The notes: generated by a model from the sequence alone, not told the origin. Counted from the first letter of the stretch, positions 39,318 through 52,230 are shown. The stretch: DNA of 64,000 nucleotides from Mobula hypostoma (GCF_963921235.1 NC_086107.1:116128001-116192000), one strand, 5' to 3'. Program-made: numbers and translations.

Positions 39318-39463
39318 CTTTAGCAATCCCTCCTCCCGCACTGTGCTTCCTCGCCCCTTCAGTGGGTGGCCTGGCTCTCCACCCTCGGCTCCCAGTCCCC
39401 GGTCGTAGGGGCGGCTCTTGGTCTGGCCGCTGGTGTCTCGCTCCACCTCGTAATGGGACAGGC
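39318..39463 (-). CDS. tex14: Putative exon J (GLSHYEVERDTSGQ..EEGLLK)
   Basis: tccctccctccag acceptor, AAG|gtgagc donor, 146 nt, phase 1->0, which fits the chain. Confidence 0.6.
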
Positions 39464-39659
39464 CTGGAGGGAGGGACAGCACTCATGTCCGAGGGCAAGT
39501 GGGGTTTGAGGAGGCAAGATCAGTGAGTGGGGAGGAATCCTTTCCTCCATCTCATCCCATCACTGGCCTTCCCCCTGCGTCAGGTCTCTCCCCTCCCTGA
39601 GGGATGGCCCCTCCCCCATCGCGTCCCTGCTCCCCCTCTCTGAGGGAGGTTTCTCTCCG

Positions 39660-40400
39660 TCACATTAAGAAAGAGGATGTTGGAACCTCTGAAACCACTA
39701 GGATAGATAAGTTCCTGGGACCGGATGGGATATACCCCAGCTTATTACTGGAAGCGAGGTCAGAGATTGCTGCACCTTTGACGACGATTTTTGCATCTTC
39801 AGTGGACACAAGATGAGGAGCAGATGACTGGGAGGTGACAAATGTTAGTGCTTTGTTGAGGGACGTCAGTAGGGATAACCTCGGAATTATAAACCAGCGA
39901 GAATACCTCAGTGGTGAGCAAATTACTGGAAAGGATTCTTGGAGACATGATTGATGGGAATTTGGAGAAGCATGGTCTGATTAGGGATCATCAGCATGGC
40001 TTTGTTATCAGCAGGTCATGGTCACGAAACTTGAATGAATTCTCTTGAGGATGTGACAAAGCACATTGACGAACTAGAGCAGTGGATGGGACGTACATGG
40101 ATTTTAGTAAAGTGTTTGATAAGGTTCCTCATGGTGGGGGCAGGGGGTCTCATTCAGAACGTCAGGAGGCTTGGGATCCAGGGAAACCTGACTGTGTGGA
40201 TTCAGATTGAAGCCAGAGGCTGGTAGTAGATGGAGAATGTTCTGCCTGGTGGTTACTGACCAGTGGTGGGCTACAGGGGTCTGCTCTTTGTGATTTTTAT
40301 CAATGGCTTGGATGAGGAAGGGCAGGGGTGAGTTAGGAAGTTTGCAGCCGACACAACTTTGGTGGTGTTGTGGAGAGAGACTGACAGGATGCAGAGCTGG
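39660..40400 (+). mobile_element. Degenerate CR1 RT fragment
   Basis: GPDGIYP.LL.E.R.EIAAPL..IF, plus QHGF and KFA.DT-like remnants. Confidence 0.8.
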
Positions 40401-40459
40401 GAATTAGAATCACGTTTATCATCACTGACATATCTTGTGAAAGTTGTTATTTTGCAGTA

Positions 40460-40762
40460 GACAATGGACAATAGGTGCAGGAGTAGGCCATTCAGCCCTT
40501 CGAGCCAGCACCGCCATTCACTGTGATCATGGCTGATCATCCACAATCAGTATCCAGTTCCTGCCTTCTCCCCATATCCCTTCACTCCGCTATCTTTAAG
40601 AGCTCTATCTAACTCTTTCTTGAAAGAATCCAGAGAATTGGCCTCCACTGCCTTCTGAGGGAGAGCATTCCACAGATCCACAACTCTGTGTGAAAAAGTT
40701 TTTCCTCAACTCCATTCTAAATGGCCTACCCCTTATTCTAAAACTGGCCTCTGGTTCTGGAG
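40460..40762 (-). mobile_element. CR1 LINE 3' end
   Basis: RIRGRPFRMELRKNFFTQ plus a 3'UTR similar to 8990-9070. Confidence 0.85.
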
Positions 40763-40797
40763 TACAGAAGGTACAGTGAAATACTACACTATAAATT

Positions 40798-40839
40798 ACA
40801 CACACACACAAACACAGACACACACACACATACCCACCG

Positions 40840-40877
<38 letters not shown>

Positions 40878-40883
40878 CCACCG

Positions 40884-40920
<37 letters not shown>

Positions 40921-41095
40921 CACACACACACACCTACACACACACACACACACACACCGATACACACACACACACCGATACACACACCTACACACACACA
41001 CACACACACACACACACCGATACACACACCTACACACACACACACACACACACACACCGATACACAGATACACTCACATGTACACACACACACAC
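40798..41095. repeat. Interrupted (CA)n microsatellite
   Basis: About 300 bp of CA with CCGATA and CCTA interruptions. Confidence 0.95.
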
Positions 41096-41174
41096 GGTTC
41101 CAGTTAATTGGGACGCATCAGGACCAGTACATTTTGCCCCATTTAAGTTCATGTCCCAATGACCTGAAGTTTAA

Positions 41175-41880
41175 TGGATGCCATTTGAGCTGTGCCTAGC
41201 CACACAGTGTTGTGAGAGTAGAACAGAGGGCTAAGCACACATCCTTGAGGTGCACCAGACCAGTGTTGATCGTCAGTGAGGAGGAGATGTTATTTCCAAC
41301 CCGCACAGACTGTGGTCTCCCGGTGAGGCAGTCAAGGATCCAGTTGCAGAGGGAGGTACAGAGGCTCAGGTTTTGGAGATTGATGATTAGTACTGAGGGG
41401 ATGATGATCTGTAATCAATAAACAGCAGCCTGATGTAGTTATTGCTGTTGTCCAGGAGATCCAAGGCCAAGTGGAGAGCAAGTGAGATTGCATCCTCTGG
41501 AGACCTACTGTGGCCAGAGGCAAATTGCAGTGCATCCAGGTGCTTGATCAGGAAGGAGCTGACTTCGGCCATGACTAATTTCTCAAAACACTTCATCACA
41601 GTAGATGTAAGTGCCACTGGGAGATAGTCACTGGGGCAGCTCGTCCTGCACTTCTTGGGCACTAGTATGACTGTCACCTTTTAGAAGCAGGTGGGAACGT
41701 CTGTCTGCATCAGTGAGAGGTTGAAGATGTCTATACACTCTCACCAGTTGGTTTTCAGTGCTCTGCCAGGTACACCACCAGGGCCTGACGCCTTGCAAGG
41801 GTTCACCCTCTGGAAAGATGTTCTGACACGAGCCTCTGAGATAGATATTACAAGGTTGCTGGATGTTGCAGGGATTCGCT
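41175..41880 (-). mobile_element. Rex1/Babar-type LINE RT fragment
   Basis: [43 protein letters not shown]. Confidence 0.85.
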
Positions 41881-41929
41881 TGTAGTTTGATTCTCCCTTC
41901 ATGCACATGTAGAAGGGTTGAATTTGAAG

Positions 41930-42420
41930 GCCGGATTCTCAGCAGTGTGAATAAACAGGGATCTGGGTCCACATCCATAGATCCGTCAGTCGTTAAGATG
42001 GCGTATCACACATTGGCCTTCATTAGTCAGTGGATTTAGCTGAAGAGCTGTGAGGCAACATTCGGGATCTGGACAGACTACGCCTGACGTAGAGTGCTCA
42101 GTTCTGGTCGCCTCGTTAAAAGAAGGACGTAGAAGCTTCGAAGTGGGTTATAGGAGCAGCTATCATTTTAAGGTGACTAGGGAAAGTACAGGGGGAATGT
42201 GAGAGATAAGTTTTGTTTTTACACAGAGAGTGGTGAATGTGCCAGGGCTGGTAGAGGCAGATATATCAGAGACAATTAACAAACTCTGAGATAGGCTCAT
42301 GGACGAAAGAAACTTGGAGTTATGTGGGCGGGAAGGGTTAGCTTGATCTGGGAATAGACCAAAAGGCTGGCACAAGATTGTACCACCTGAACTGTGCCAT
42401 TGTGCTCTATGTTCTTTCTC
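41930..42420 (+). mobile_element. Old CR1 3' fragment
   Basis: cagttctggtcgcc and ttttacacagagagtggtg remnants. Confidence 0.6.
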
Positions 42421-42679
42421 CATCTCTGAGGGGAGTTTCCCTCCATCCATCCCATCCCTGCTCCTCCCCCTGTCCCATCCCTCCTCACTCTGAGGACCTT
42501 TTAGCCAACCTGTCCTGCAGTAGTGAGGGGGCTACAACTACACCCAGTACTGGGAATAGATTCTGGGCACCTCTAGGTGAAGCAATACCAGGCCCTCCTG
42601 CCCTGACACTGGGTGCTGTGTCTGACGCTGACCAGTATCTTAGTCAGTACACTGGGATCCCACCACAACCTCCCCTCAC

Positions 42680-42776
42680 CCGACTCCACCCCAGTTATCA
42701 CCGAAGGCTCACCGTTCACGTCCCTGCACAGACTGCCAGCAGTTACAGGTGGGCGTAGAGGGTGTGAGGAGGAGCA
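42680..42776 (-). CDS. tex14: Putative exon I (CSSSHPLRPP..GVES)
   Basis: ctcctttccccag acceptor and G|gtgagg donor. Open only in phase 0->1. No homology recognised. Confidence 0.4.
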
Positions 42777-42948
42777 CTGGGGAAAGGAGCTGTTAGGAGC
42801 GGTGGGGAGGAGAGGGGCGCGAGAGGGGGAGGATAGAGGTTGGGGCAAGAGAGAAGGAGGGGTGGGGGAAGAGGGGAAGGATGGACTGGGCCGGAGCTAT
42901 GGACCTGCCCCACTCACCTCCCTCGCTTTGCGCCCTCCAAGATCTCAC

Positions 42949-43053
42949 CGGTTCCCATTCTGCTCCATCCTGGGCTTCCAGCTTCCCCCAAGCGTCCCGG
43001 CAGTCCCACCGCTCGCCCTGGCCTTTCTGAGCTTCAGGAGAGGGTCTTCCTTC
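42949..43053 (-). CDS. tex14: Putative exon H (post-kinase); alternative donor at 42918
   Basis: Strong acceptor cttccctcctctgccag, phase 0. Two candidate donors: CCG|gtgaga (phase 0) and GAG|gtgagt (phase 1). Confidence 0.6.
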
Positions 43054-43140
43054 CTGGCAGAGGAGGGAAGGAAGGAGGTGAGATGAAGCAGGGGGCGTAT
43101 TCTGACAGCAGAGAGAAGGGAAGTGAGGGTGGGGTCCTAC

Positions 43141-43331
43141 CTGGAGTTCCCGGTGCAGAATATGGTGCACATCCCGGAGGGTGAGGGTCCGGTGTCGGGG
43201 CTTTGGCAAGGTGCCCAGACTCAGGGCAAAGCGGAGGGATGGGGAGAGGCGGGGGTCCAGGGAGAGGGAGCGACCGCTGGACATCATCTGCCTCACCGTC
43301 TCACCTCCCGCCCCGGCCCAGGGAACCACGC
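43141..43331 (-). CDS. tex14: TEX14-like exon G (VPWAGAGGETVRQMMSSGRSLSLDPRL..RTLTLRDVHHILHRELQ; end of kinase domain)
   Basis: ttttgcag acceptor, CAG|gtagga donor, 191 nt, phase 1->0. Resembles TEX14 IPW.G..G..V...V.SG..L..D.RL...RT..L.DI..IL. Confidence 0.9.
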
Positions 43332-43975
43332 CTGCAAAAGAGTTCAGGGTCACTGACCGTCCCATGTCCTCATTGACTCTCTACCCTCCTCACCGTCTCA
43401 TACCCATCCACATCAACCCTCCCACCTCCTCCCCCTCTTCTTCACCCTCCCTACCTTCCCCAAAACCCTCCCCTCCTCCCCCCAACAACCCACCAACATT
43501 CCCAAGAACAAAATGATCACATTACAGCACTTTTCCCCACAATAACTTATTTCCCCCAATCAAAGACTCTCTCCCCACCCCACCCCACCCTGTCGCACTC
43601 TCTCTCTGCACCCCCCCACCCCCCGGCCAGGAGACCTACACACAATCTGTTAGTTCACTGTTCTTGCCCTGTCAGAGGGTCCCAGACCAGAACCGTCACT
43701 CCCATCTCTCCCCGTACACTGAGGGGCTTGGCACCCACTTCCCTGGTTTTATTCCAGATCAGAACAACTGATCCTGTCTCCCATTCTCAGCCACTGCTCG
43801 ACCTGGTGTGTCTTCCAGCCTCTCACTGCAGGTTTCACATCTCCCCAAACCCTGCGCCTAGAAACTCCAGTGTTGCATTGTCAGCTCCAACACTCCCCTT
43901 TCTTTCCCTCTCCCTCACTCCCACACTCCCCTCCTCATCCCCTCCCCTCCGCTCCACTCCCAGACGGGGCCCCAC

Positions 43976-44136
43976 CTGTGAACACCTCCTGGGTCAGGGC
44001 ACAGAAGCTGTAGAGGTCAGAGCGCTCGGAACCCACCAGGCCGCTGATGATCTCGGGGGGCAGCCAGTTGTAGAGCTGGTGCGGTGCGGGGGGTGCCGTG
44101 GCACACCGGCTCCCGTCCCCATGTTCGTCCTCAGCC
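43976..44136 (-). CDS. tex14: TEX14-like exon F (QLYNWLPPEII..SERSDLYSFCALTQEVFT)
   Basis: ccccgcag acceptor, G|gtgggg donor, 161 nt, phase 2->1. Matches TEX14 QLYNWAAPEVI..SDIYSF..QEILT. This frame is absent from the ORF track. Confidence 0.92.
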
Positions 44137-44187
44137 CTGCGGGGTGTTGCAGACAGTCAGAGTCAGAGCAGTCTCTCCCCAGCACGC

Positions 44188-44600
44188 AGATCACCGAGAC
44201 CCACCCAGGGGGAACCATCCTCCTCCCCCCAACCCCACTGAAGATTACCGAGACCCCCCCCCCAGGAGAACCATCCCCCTTCCCCCAACCCCAGTGAAGA
44301 TCACCGAGACCCACCCAGGGGAACCATCCCCCTCCCCCAACCCCACTGAAGATCACCGAGACCCACCCAGGGGGAACCATCCCCCTCCCCCCAATCCCAC
44401 TGAAGATCACCGAGACCCACCCAGGGGAACCATCCCCCTCCCCCCAACCCCACTGAAGATCACCGAGACCCACCCAGGGGAAGTATCCCCTCCCCCCAAC
44501 CCCACTGAAGATCACCGAGACCCACCCAGGGGAAGTATCCCCTCCCCCCAACCCCACTGAAGATCAACTGCAGATCGCTGAGACCCACGCAGGGAACTAT
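44188..44600. repeat. 52-54-bp tandem repeat (GAAGATCACCGAGACCCACCCAGGGGAACCATCCCCCTCCCCCAACCCCACT)
   Basis: About 8 copies starting about 50 nt from the exon F acceptor. Confidence 0.92.
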
Positions 44601-44884
44601 CTCCATCCTCCTCAACCCCATTCCTGGCCTCCTCAATCTGAGGGTCATCCCCTCTGACCCCTATCCTCCAACTTCTCCCCATTCTGACCCCACTGTCCTC
44701 CAACCCCCTCCCCCTAGAATCCTCCCCTCCCAATCCCTCCACAACACTCTCCACCCTCATTCTGTCCTCTTCATCACGCAACACCTCTGCCCCTCCAACC
44801 ACTCTCAGCCCTTCTAAGCATCTGCCCTCATGACCCCTAACCTTCAATTCCTCTCCTCCACCTCTCACCCTCAACCCCCTCCCA

Positions 44885-45130
44885 CACTCGGAGTATAGTG
44901 TTCAGCTCCGACTGCCTCATAATAGGAAGGATGTGGAAGCTTTAGAGAGGGTGTAGAGGAGATTTACTAGGATGCGGCCTGGATTAGACAGCATGTGCTA
45001 TAGGCTGAGCGAGCTAGGCCATTTCTCTTTGGAGTGAAGGAGGATGAGAGATGACTTGACAGAGGTGTACAAGATGATAAGAGGCATTGTCAGAGTGGAT
45101 AGCCAGGGACTTGTTCCCAGGGTGACAGTG
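44885..45130 (+). mobile_element. CR1 RT C-terminal fragment
   Basis: RKDVEALERV*RRFTRM..SLE*RRMRDDLTEVYKMIRG. Confidence 0.8.
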
Positions 45131-45136
45131 TTGTAA

Positions 45137-46700
45137 CACACACAAAATGTTGGAGATACTCAGCAAGTCAGGCAGCATCTATGGAATAAACAGTCAATGT
45201 CTCAGGTTCAGACTCTTCTTCAGAACTGGAAAGGAAGGGGGAAGATGGCAGAGTAAAAAGGTGGGGAAGGGGAAAGAGGACAGCTGAGGGTTAGGTGAAG
45301 CCAGGTGGGTGGGAAAGGTGAGGAAGGAATCTGATAGGAGAGGAGAGAGGGAAGGAGGAGGGACTCCAGGGACAGGTGGTAGGCAGCTGAGAAGAGGTAA
45401 GAGTGGAGAACAGAAGAGAGGAGGGAAAAATCTCTACTGGAAGGAGAAACTAATATTCACGCCATCAGGTTGGAGGCTACCCAGACGGAATATAAAGTGT
45501 TGCTCCTTCACCCTGAAGGTGGTCTCATTGTGGTACAAGAGGAGGCCGTGAACCCACGTGTCAGAATGGGAATGGGAATTAAAACGTTTGGCCACCGGGA
45601 GGTACTGCTTTGGTGGATGGAGCGGATGTGCTGGACAAAGCTGCTCCCCAGTTTACAACAGGCATCACCAATGTAAAGGCCACATCAGGAGCAACAGACA
45701 CAACAGACGACTCAAACAGATTCACAGGTGAAGTGTTGCCTCACCTGGAAGGACTGTTTGAGACCCTGAACGGAGGTCAGAGGTGAGGGAGGAGGTGAAT
45801 AGGCAGGTGTTAACTCTTTGGTCACTTGCAGGGACAAGTCACAGTCATAGTCATACTTTATTGATCCCGGGGGAAATTGGTTTTCGTTACAGTTGCATCA
45901 TAAATAATTAAATAGTAATAAAACCATAAATAGTTAAATAGTAATATGTAAATTATGCCAGGAAATAAGTCCAGGACCAGCCTATTGGCTCAAGGTGTCT
46001 GACCCTCCAAGGGAGGAGTTGTAAAGTTTGATGGCCACAGGCAGGAATGACTTCCTATGACGCTCTGTGTTGCATCTCGGTGGAATGAGTCTCTGGCTGA
46101 ATGTACTCCTGTGCCCAACCAGTACATTATGTAGCGGATGGGAGACATTGTCCAAGATGGCATGCAACTTGGACAACATCCTCTTTTCAGACACCACCGC
46201 CAAAGAGTCCAGTTCCATCCCCACAACATCACTGGCCTTACGAATGAGTTTGCTGATTCTGTTGGTGTCTGCTACCCTCAGCCTGCTGTCCCAGCACACA
46301 ACAGCAAACATGATCGCACTGGCCACCACAGACTCGTAGAACATCCTCAGCATCGTCCGGCAGATGTTAAAGGACCTCAGTCTCCTCAGGAAATAGAGAC
46401 GGCTCTGACCCTTCTTGTAGACAGCCTCAGTGTTCTTTGACCAGTCCAGTTTATTGTCAATTCGTATCCCCAGGTATTTGTAATCCTCCACCATGTCCAC
46501 ACTGACCCCCTGGATGGAAACAGGGATCACCGGTACCTTAGCTCTCCTCAGGTCTACCACCAGCTCCTTAGTCTTGTGTGGGGAGGGACTAAGTACTTGG
46601 GGTGGGGGAAACAAATGGACAAGGGAATCACGGAGAGACCAATCTGTGTGGAGGGGTGGGGGGTGTGGTAGAGATAAAGATATGTTTGGTGGTAGTATCA
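45137..46700 (-). mobile_element. Penelope-like fragment interrupted by a Rex1-type LINE
   Basis: Shares gccatcaggttggaggcta-cagacggaatataa with the insertion at 56723-57226 and has a degenerate hammerhead at about 45191-45229. Family assignment is from recall, not a search. Confidence 0.6.
45837..46575 (-). mobile_element. Young 5'-truncated Rex1/Babar-type LINE with (TGACTA)n tail
   Basis: Open frame [42 protein letters not shown], nearly identical to 56163-57426. Confidence 0.92.
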
Positions 46701-47099
46701 CTGAATTTTAAGGTGACTGGAGGAAAGTATATGAATCAGAATCAGGTTTAATATCACTATCATATGCCGTGAAATTTACTCTTTGCGGCAGCAGTACAAG
46801 TAATACGTAATAATAGAAGACAAAATATGTGGATTGCAATAAAGATATTGATATTAAATAGTTAAATTAAATAAATAGTGCAAAAATAAAAATTTAAAAA
46901 AGTATTGTTCATTTAGAAATCTGATGGTAGAGGGGAAGAAGCTGTTCCTGAATTGCTGAGTGTGCGGTTTCAGGCTTCTGTACGTCCTTCCTGATGGCAA
47001 CAATGAGAAAAAGGCTTATCCTGGGTGATGGGGGGTTCTTCATGACGGATGCCACCTTTTTGAGGCATCGCTCCTTGAAGATGTCCTGGATACAAGACT

Positions 47100-48825
47100 A
47101 CAGAATGCAGACCGTTCTATTTACCTCAGGAGTTCCCATCCATGATCCTGACCACAGTTTATAAAGTAGCCGTGGCCGAATATAAGCAAACACTCACAAA
47201 TCTGCACAACATCGTCTGTAGGAAAGAAACAGCCCATCCGAAGACTTTTTAAATTATAGTGGGTGACTTCAACCAGACCTGTTTGAAGAAAGCCCTACCC
47301 AATTATCACCAGCATGTAGCCTGTTGCACCAGAGGTCCCAACACACTAGACTGCTACGCTGCAATCAGGAAAGCCTATTGTTCCTTTCCGAGACTGCATT
47401 TTGGCAAATCAGACCATTTGGCTGTACCCCTACTGACTGCATACAGACAGACAGATAGATCCATACTTTACTGATCCCAAAGGAAACTACAGTGTCACAG
47501 TAGCATTACAAGTGCACGGATATAAACATTAGAAGAGAAGTAGAAAGGATAAAAAATAAATTACCACTAACGGGGGGGGGGGGGGTGGTATAGGTTATGG
47601 AGCCTAATGGCCGAGGGTAAGAATGACCTCATATAGCAGTCTTTGGAGCAGCACAATTGTCTTAGTCTATGACTAAAAGTGTTCACCTGTTCAGCCACTG
47701 GTGTGCTGGGGAGGGGGCAACAGGAGGGCAATTGTCAAACTCATTAGCCCATTCACAGCTGCATTCCAAGGCTCTACAGCTGGACTGACTGGTCTTCATG
47801 CTTCTCCATACCCCACCGTGTGCTACTCTACCCCAGCTTGTTCTTCAGCTCTCTCCTGTACTCCAGAGATGAAGCTCCAGAAATCAAGACGACTCAGAGG
47901 TGGTCACGGGAGGCAGAGGAATGGTTACAGGATTGCATTGAGTCGGTGGACTGGGTCGTGTTCAGGAACTCCTCTGAGGACCTGAATGACTGCACCAGGG
48001 TCATTACGGACCTTATTAAAACAGCTGTGCATGAGTGTCCCCCCACAAAATCGTTCAGGCCTTTCCCCATCATGGATGAGGATAAACGGTGAGATCTGGA
48101 TCCTGGAGAGAGCCGGATCAGAGGCATTGAAGTCTGGAGATGGAGAATGCAGGTGTGATCTCTGGAAAGCCATCTCAGAGGACGAGACTGGAATCAGCCA
48201 GGGATGCACAGTAGCTGTGGCAGGGTTTCAATGCATAACCCCCTAGAAAGTTAAACCTTCCGACATAGAGTTTCCTTTCCACATGAGCCGAACGCCTTCT
48301 ATGCTCACTTTAACCACCAGAACAGGGAGGAACCATCGCTCACCCAGTTGTCTCCAACTGATCTTTTGCTCATTATTAGAAGATGACGTGCGGGCTGCCT
48401 TCAAGAGAGTGAATCTAAGGAAACATCCAGTCCAGGCAGAGTACTTGTGATGATCAGCTGGCTGGTGCATTCACAAATATCTCATCCCAGCAGTGTGTGG
48501 TACCCACCTACTTCAAGCAGGCCTCAATCATACCAGTGCCTGAGAAGATGATGGCAACCTCATCCAGAGGCATTTACATCCACAATGAAGAAGTGTTTTG
48601 AGAGGCTGGTGTTGAGACATATCAGCTCCTGTCTGGGTGGCCACTTGGAGTTGTTCCCATTTGTCTACCGGAGCAACAGGTCCACAGCAGTTGCCATTTC
48701 ACTGGCTCTTCACTCAACCCTGGAACAGCTGGACAGCAAAGGTGCATAGATCAGGATGCTCTTTATCAACTACAGCTCAGTCTTTAAAACCATCACCCCT
48801 CAAAACTAATGAGTAAACTCCAAGA
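47100..48825 (+). mobile_element. Degenerate Rex1-type LINE (endonuclease to RT), interrupted near 47450-47860
   Basis: GDFNQ..TRGPNTLD..GKSDH (APE endonuclease), LQDC.ESVDW, then RT remnants. Confidence 0.8.
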
Positions 48826-49582
48826 AACACACAAAATGCTGGTGGAACGCAGCAGGCCAGGCAGCATCTATAGGAAGAAGCACAATCAACGTTTTGGGCC
48901 GAGACCCTTCGTCAGAGGGATTTAGGAGTTGATGTGCCTGTTCCATTTTTGTTTGTTTTTTTTTATGGCTTTGGGTGATATGATTGTGCTACCCTTCTTT
49001 TCTTTCTTGGTTTCATGGTTACCCAGGGAATTGAAGTATTTCAGGCTTGTATACTTTGATAATAAATGAATCTTTGAACGTTGATTAGTAAGAGCATCAA
49101 AGATTATCAGAATCAGACTCAGGTTTATTATCATCAGCATGTGACGTGAAATTTGAATACGGGGAGAAGGCAAGAGAAAGGAGTGGAGAGGGTTAATAAA
49201 TCAGCCATAATGGAATGACAGAGCAGACTCAAAAGGCCAGATAGTGTGGTTCTGCTCCTGTGTCTTATGGGGAATGGATTTGAGCTGGTAGGGAGAATGG
49301 TTCTCAAACAACAGAGAACATTGATGGTCGTGGTGTGCAGGCTGTGTTCCCAGGAGGGAGAAAGGTGAGGGGACTGACACTGGAATCAAAGATTAGAGGG
49401 CACAGGTCTTATATCAGGAGGAATATCTAAAGGGTATGTTTTTCACCTGACTGGTGTGCCACAGGGAGCGGTGGTGAGTCCTGTTGTGAACCAAAGGACC
49501 GAAAGTCTTCTTATCTTACAGCCACCAGCTCCCCGACTGTCTCCCGCCCTCCCTCTTCAATAGAGTCTCCAGCTCCCGCACC

Positions 49583-50885
49583 CAATGTTCCCTCTAATTT
49601 GTAATGACCAGTGTGCACAAAAATCTTGTGCTGTGCAATTTTTTGCCGAGTGATATCAAATTGTGCTCTCTGAATTTTAAACATAGAGGTTTTCATTTTA
49701 ACAGCCAGCAAAACACTGTCAATAAGAACTTTGGTCTCCTTTGGGTTTGATCATTTTTGTTCTCGCTCATCTGCACTCTCGCAAAACATATGTAGCAGGT
49801 AATGAAGGGTTTTGTCACCAGAGCTTTTACACACCGTCGATTTGTGATTTGCTTACTAAATGACACTTTAAAAAGTAAATTTCCAAACATCACTCCATTC
49901 TTCCCACTTGCAAATTCTCCAGCAACTTTAGCATCACGACAATACACGCAGGTCACAGCAGTTTCTGTGTTGTACACAAATATTTCTTGAAGCAGCACAT
50001 TCCTGACCTCATGAGCTTTCAGTGTAGCAATGTCTGCTGTTTCATTGAGCCATTCCGCTTCAAATGAACTGGCAGTTCTTCTGAACTTCATGCCCTTTGT
50101 TTCTTTGGAATTCAACATAGTGTATCAATAATTTCTTCAGTAAAAACTGTATCAATAAGCCAGTTCTAAAATCTGCAGACCTAAAATTGCAACCTCAAGC
50201 AAGGATGTAATGTTGAAACTGATGAGGCCTCACAGAGCATTGTGAGCAGTTTTGGGCCCCTTATCTCAGAAAGGATATGCTGAAGCTGGAGAGGGTTCAA
50301 AGGAGGTTTGCGAAAATGACTGAATGGCTTGTCATATGAAGAGTATCTGATGGCTCTGGGCCTGTATTCATAAGAATGAGGGGTGACCTCATTGAAACCT
50401 ATGGAAGGGTGAAAGGCCTTGACAGAGTGGATGTGGAGAGGATGTTTCCTATCGTGGGAGAGTCTAAGTTCAGAGGACACAGCCTTAGAATAGAGGGGTG
50501 TCCTTTTAGAACACAGATGAGGAGGAATTTCTCTAGCCAGAGCAGTGAATCTGTGGAGGCCAAGACTTTATGTATATTTAAGGCAGAGGTTGCACGATTC
50601 TTGAGTGGTCAGGGAATGAAGGGGAATGAGGAGAAGGCAGGAGACTGGGGCTGAGAGGGAAACTGGATCTGCCATGATGAAGTGGGCAAATGGCCCAATT
50701 CTGCTACATCTTATGGACTTAACTCCACGTTGTCAACACAGTCTGCAGCAGAAACCAGGAAAGGAAATGTGATCGTGAAATATACTTATATACCAACGAG
50801 GTAGAGGGTGACAAGCTGCCGTATCCAGTTTAAATTCCTCCATGCACCGACAAAAGATGTGTGTGCACGTGTGGAGGTAATATTG
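49583..50885 (-). mobile_element. hAT-like DNA transposon relic with a CR1 fragment inserted (about 50190-50720)
   Basis: Imperfect terminal inverted repeats CAATGTTCCCTCTAA / GTGGAGGTAATATTG, subterminal inverted GTGCACA.A.ATCTT, and a disrupted ORF with F..EW and C.YC zinc-finger-like motifs. Confidence 0.6.
50190..50720 (+). mobile_element. CR1 3' fragment
   Basis: MRGDLIETY..KGLDRVDVERMFP.VGESK.RGHSLRI. Confidence 0.85.
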
Positions 50886-52028
50886 TCCCACCCTGTCTCC
50901 CCTCCCCCCTCCTGTATCTCCTCCTCAGGGACCCACTGTCCCACCCTGTCTCCCCTCCCCCCTCCTGTATCTCCTCCCCGGGGACCCACTATCCCACCCT
51001 GTCTCCCCTCCCCCTCTCCTGTATCTCCTCCCCGGGGACCCACTGTCCCACCCTGTCTCCCGTCCCCCCTCCTGTATCTCCTCCTCGGGGACCCACTGTC
51101 CCACCCTGTCTCCCCTCCCCCTCTCCTGTATCTCCTCCCCGGGGACCCACTGTCCCACCCTGTCTCCCCTCCCCCTCTCCTGTATCTCCTCCCCGGGGAC
51201 CCACTGTCCCACCCTGTCTCCCGTCCCCCCTCCTGTATCTCCTCCCCGGGGACCCACTGTCCCACCCTGTCTCCCCTCCCCCCTCCTGTATCTCCTCCCC
51301 GGGGACCCACTGTCCCACCCTGTCTCCCCTCCCCCCTCCTGTATCTCCTCCCCGGGGACCCACTGTCCCACCCTGTCTCCCCTCCCCCTCTCCTGTATCT
51401 CCTCCCCGGGGACCCACTGTCCCACCCTGTCTCCCCTCCCCCCTCCTGTATCTCCTCCCCGGGGACCCACTGTCCCACCCTGTCTCCCGTCCCCCCTCCT
51501 GTATCTCCTCCCCGGGGACCCACTGTCCCACCCTGTCTCCCCTCCCCCTCTCCTGTATCTCCTCCCCGGGGACCCACTGTCCCACCCTGTCTCCCCTCCC
51601 CCTCTCCTGTATCTCCTCCCCGGGGACCCACTGTCCCACCCTGTCTCCCCTCCCCCTCTCCTGTATCTCCTCCTCGGGGACCCACTGTCCCACCCTGTCT
51701 CCCCTCCCCCTCTCCTGTATCTCCTCCCCGGGGACCCACTGTCCCACCCTGTCTCCCCTCCCCCTCTCCTGTATCTCCTCCCCGGGGACCCACTGTCCCA
51801 CCCTGTCTCCCCTCCCCCTCTCCTGTATCTCCTCCTCGGGGACCCACTGTCCCACCCTGTCTCCCCTCCCCCTCTCCTGTATCTCCTCCCCCGGGACCCA
51901 CTGTCCCACCCTGTCTCCCCTCCCCCTCTCCTGTATCTCCTCCCCGGGGACCCACTGTCCCACCCTGTCTCCCCTCCCCCTCTCCTGTATCTCCTCCCCG
52001 GGGACCCACTGTCCCACCCTGTCTCCCC
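50884..52028. repeat. 53/54-bp C-rich minisatellite (TGTCCCACCCTGTCTCCCCTCCCCCTCTCCTGTATCTCCTCCCCGGGGACCCAC)
   Basis: About 21 copies starting about 25 nt after the exon E donor. Confidence 0.96.
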
Positions 52029-52051
52029 ACTAGCCACCTCCCCCATCGTAC

Positions 52052-52230
52052 CTTTCCTGCAGATACTCGAGGTTGCCCAGCTTGGCCTGGCCCAGTCCCA
52101 CCAGCTGCACGGCATGGGAGGTGAGAGATCGGTGAAGGTATCCTCGGGAGTGCAGGAAGAGCAAAGCTTCACATACCTGGGAGAGGAGGGGGATGGCCTC
52201 CCGCACAGCCAGCCCATCCGTCGCCGCCCA
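52052..52230 (-). CDS. tex14: TEX14-like exon E (catalytic-loop region: [24 protein letters not shown])
   Basis: tgtacag acceptor, AG|gtacga donor, 179 nt, phase 0->2. HRS replaces HRD and NLE replaces DFG, as in the TEX14 pseudokinase. Confidence 0.93.

Noticed and set aside
38633..39323. Pro/Ser-rich and Gly/Glu-rich ORFs
   Set aside because: They derive from a C-rich intronic tandem repeat and polypyrimidine sequence.
40605..41162. Cys-Val and His-Thr repeat ORFs
   Set aside because: Translations of a (CA)n microsatellite.
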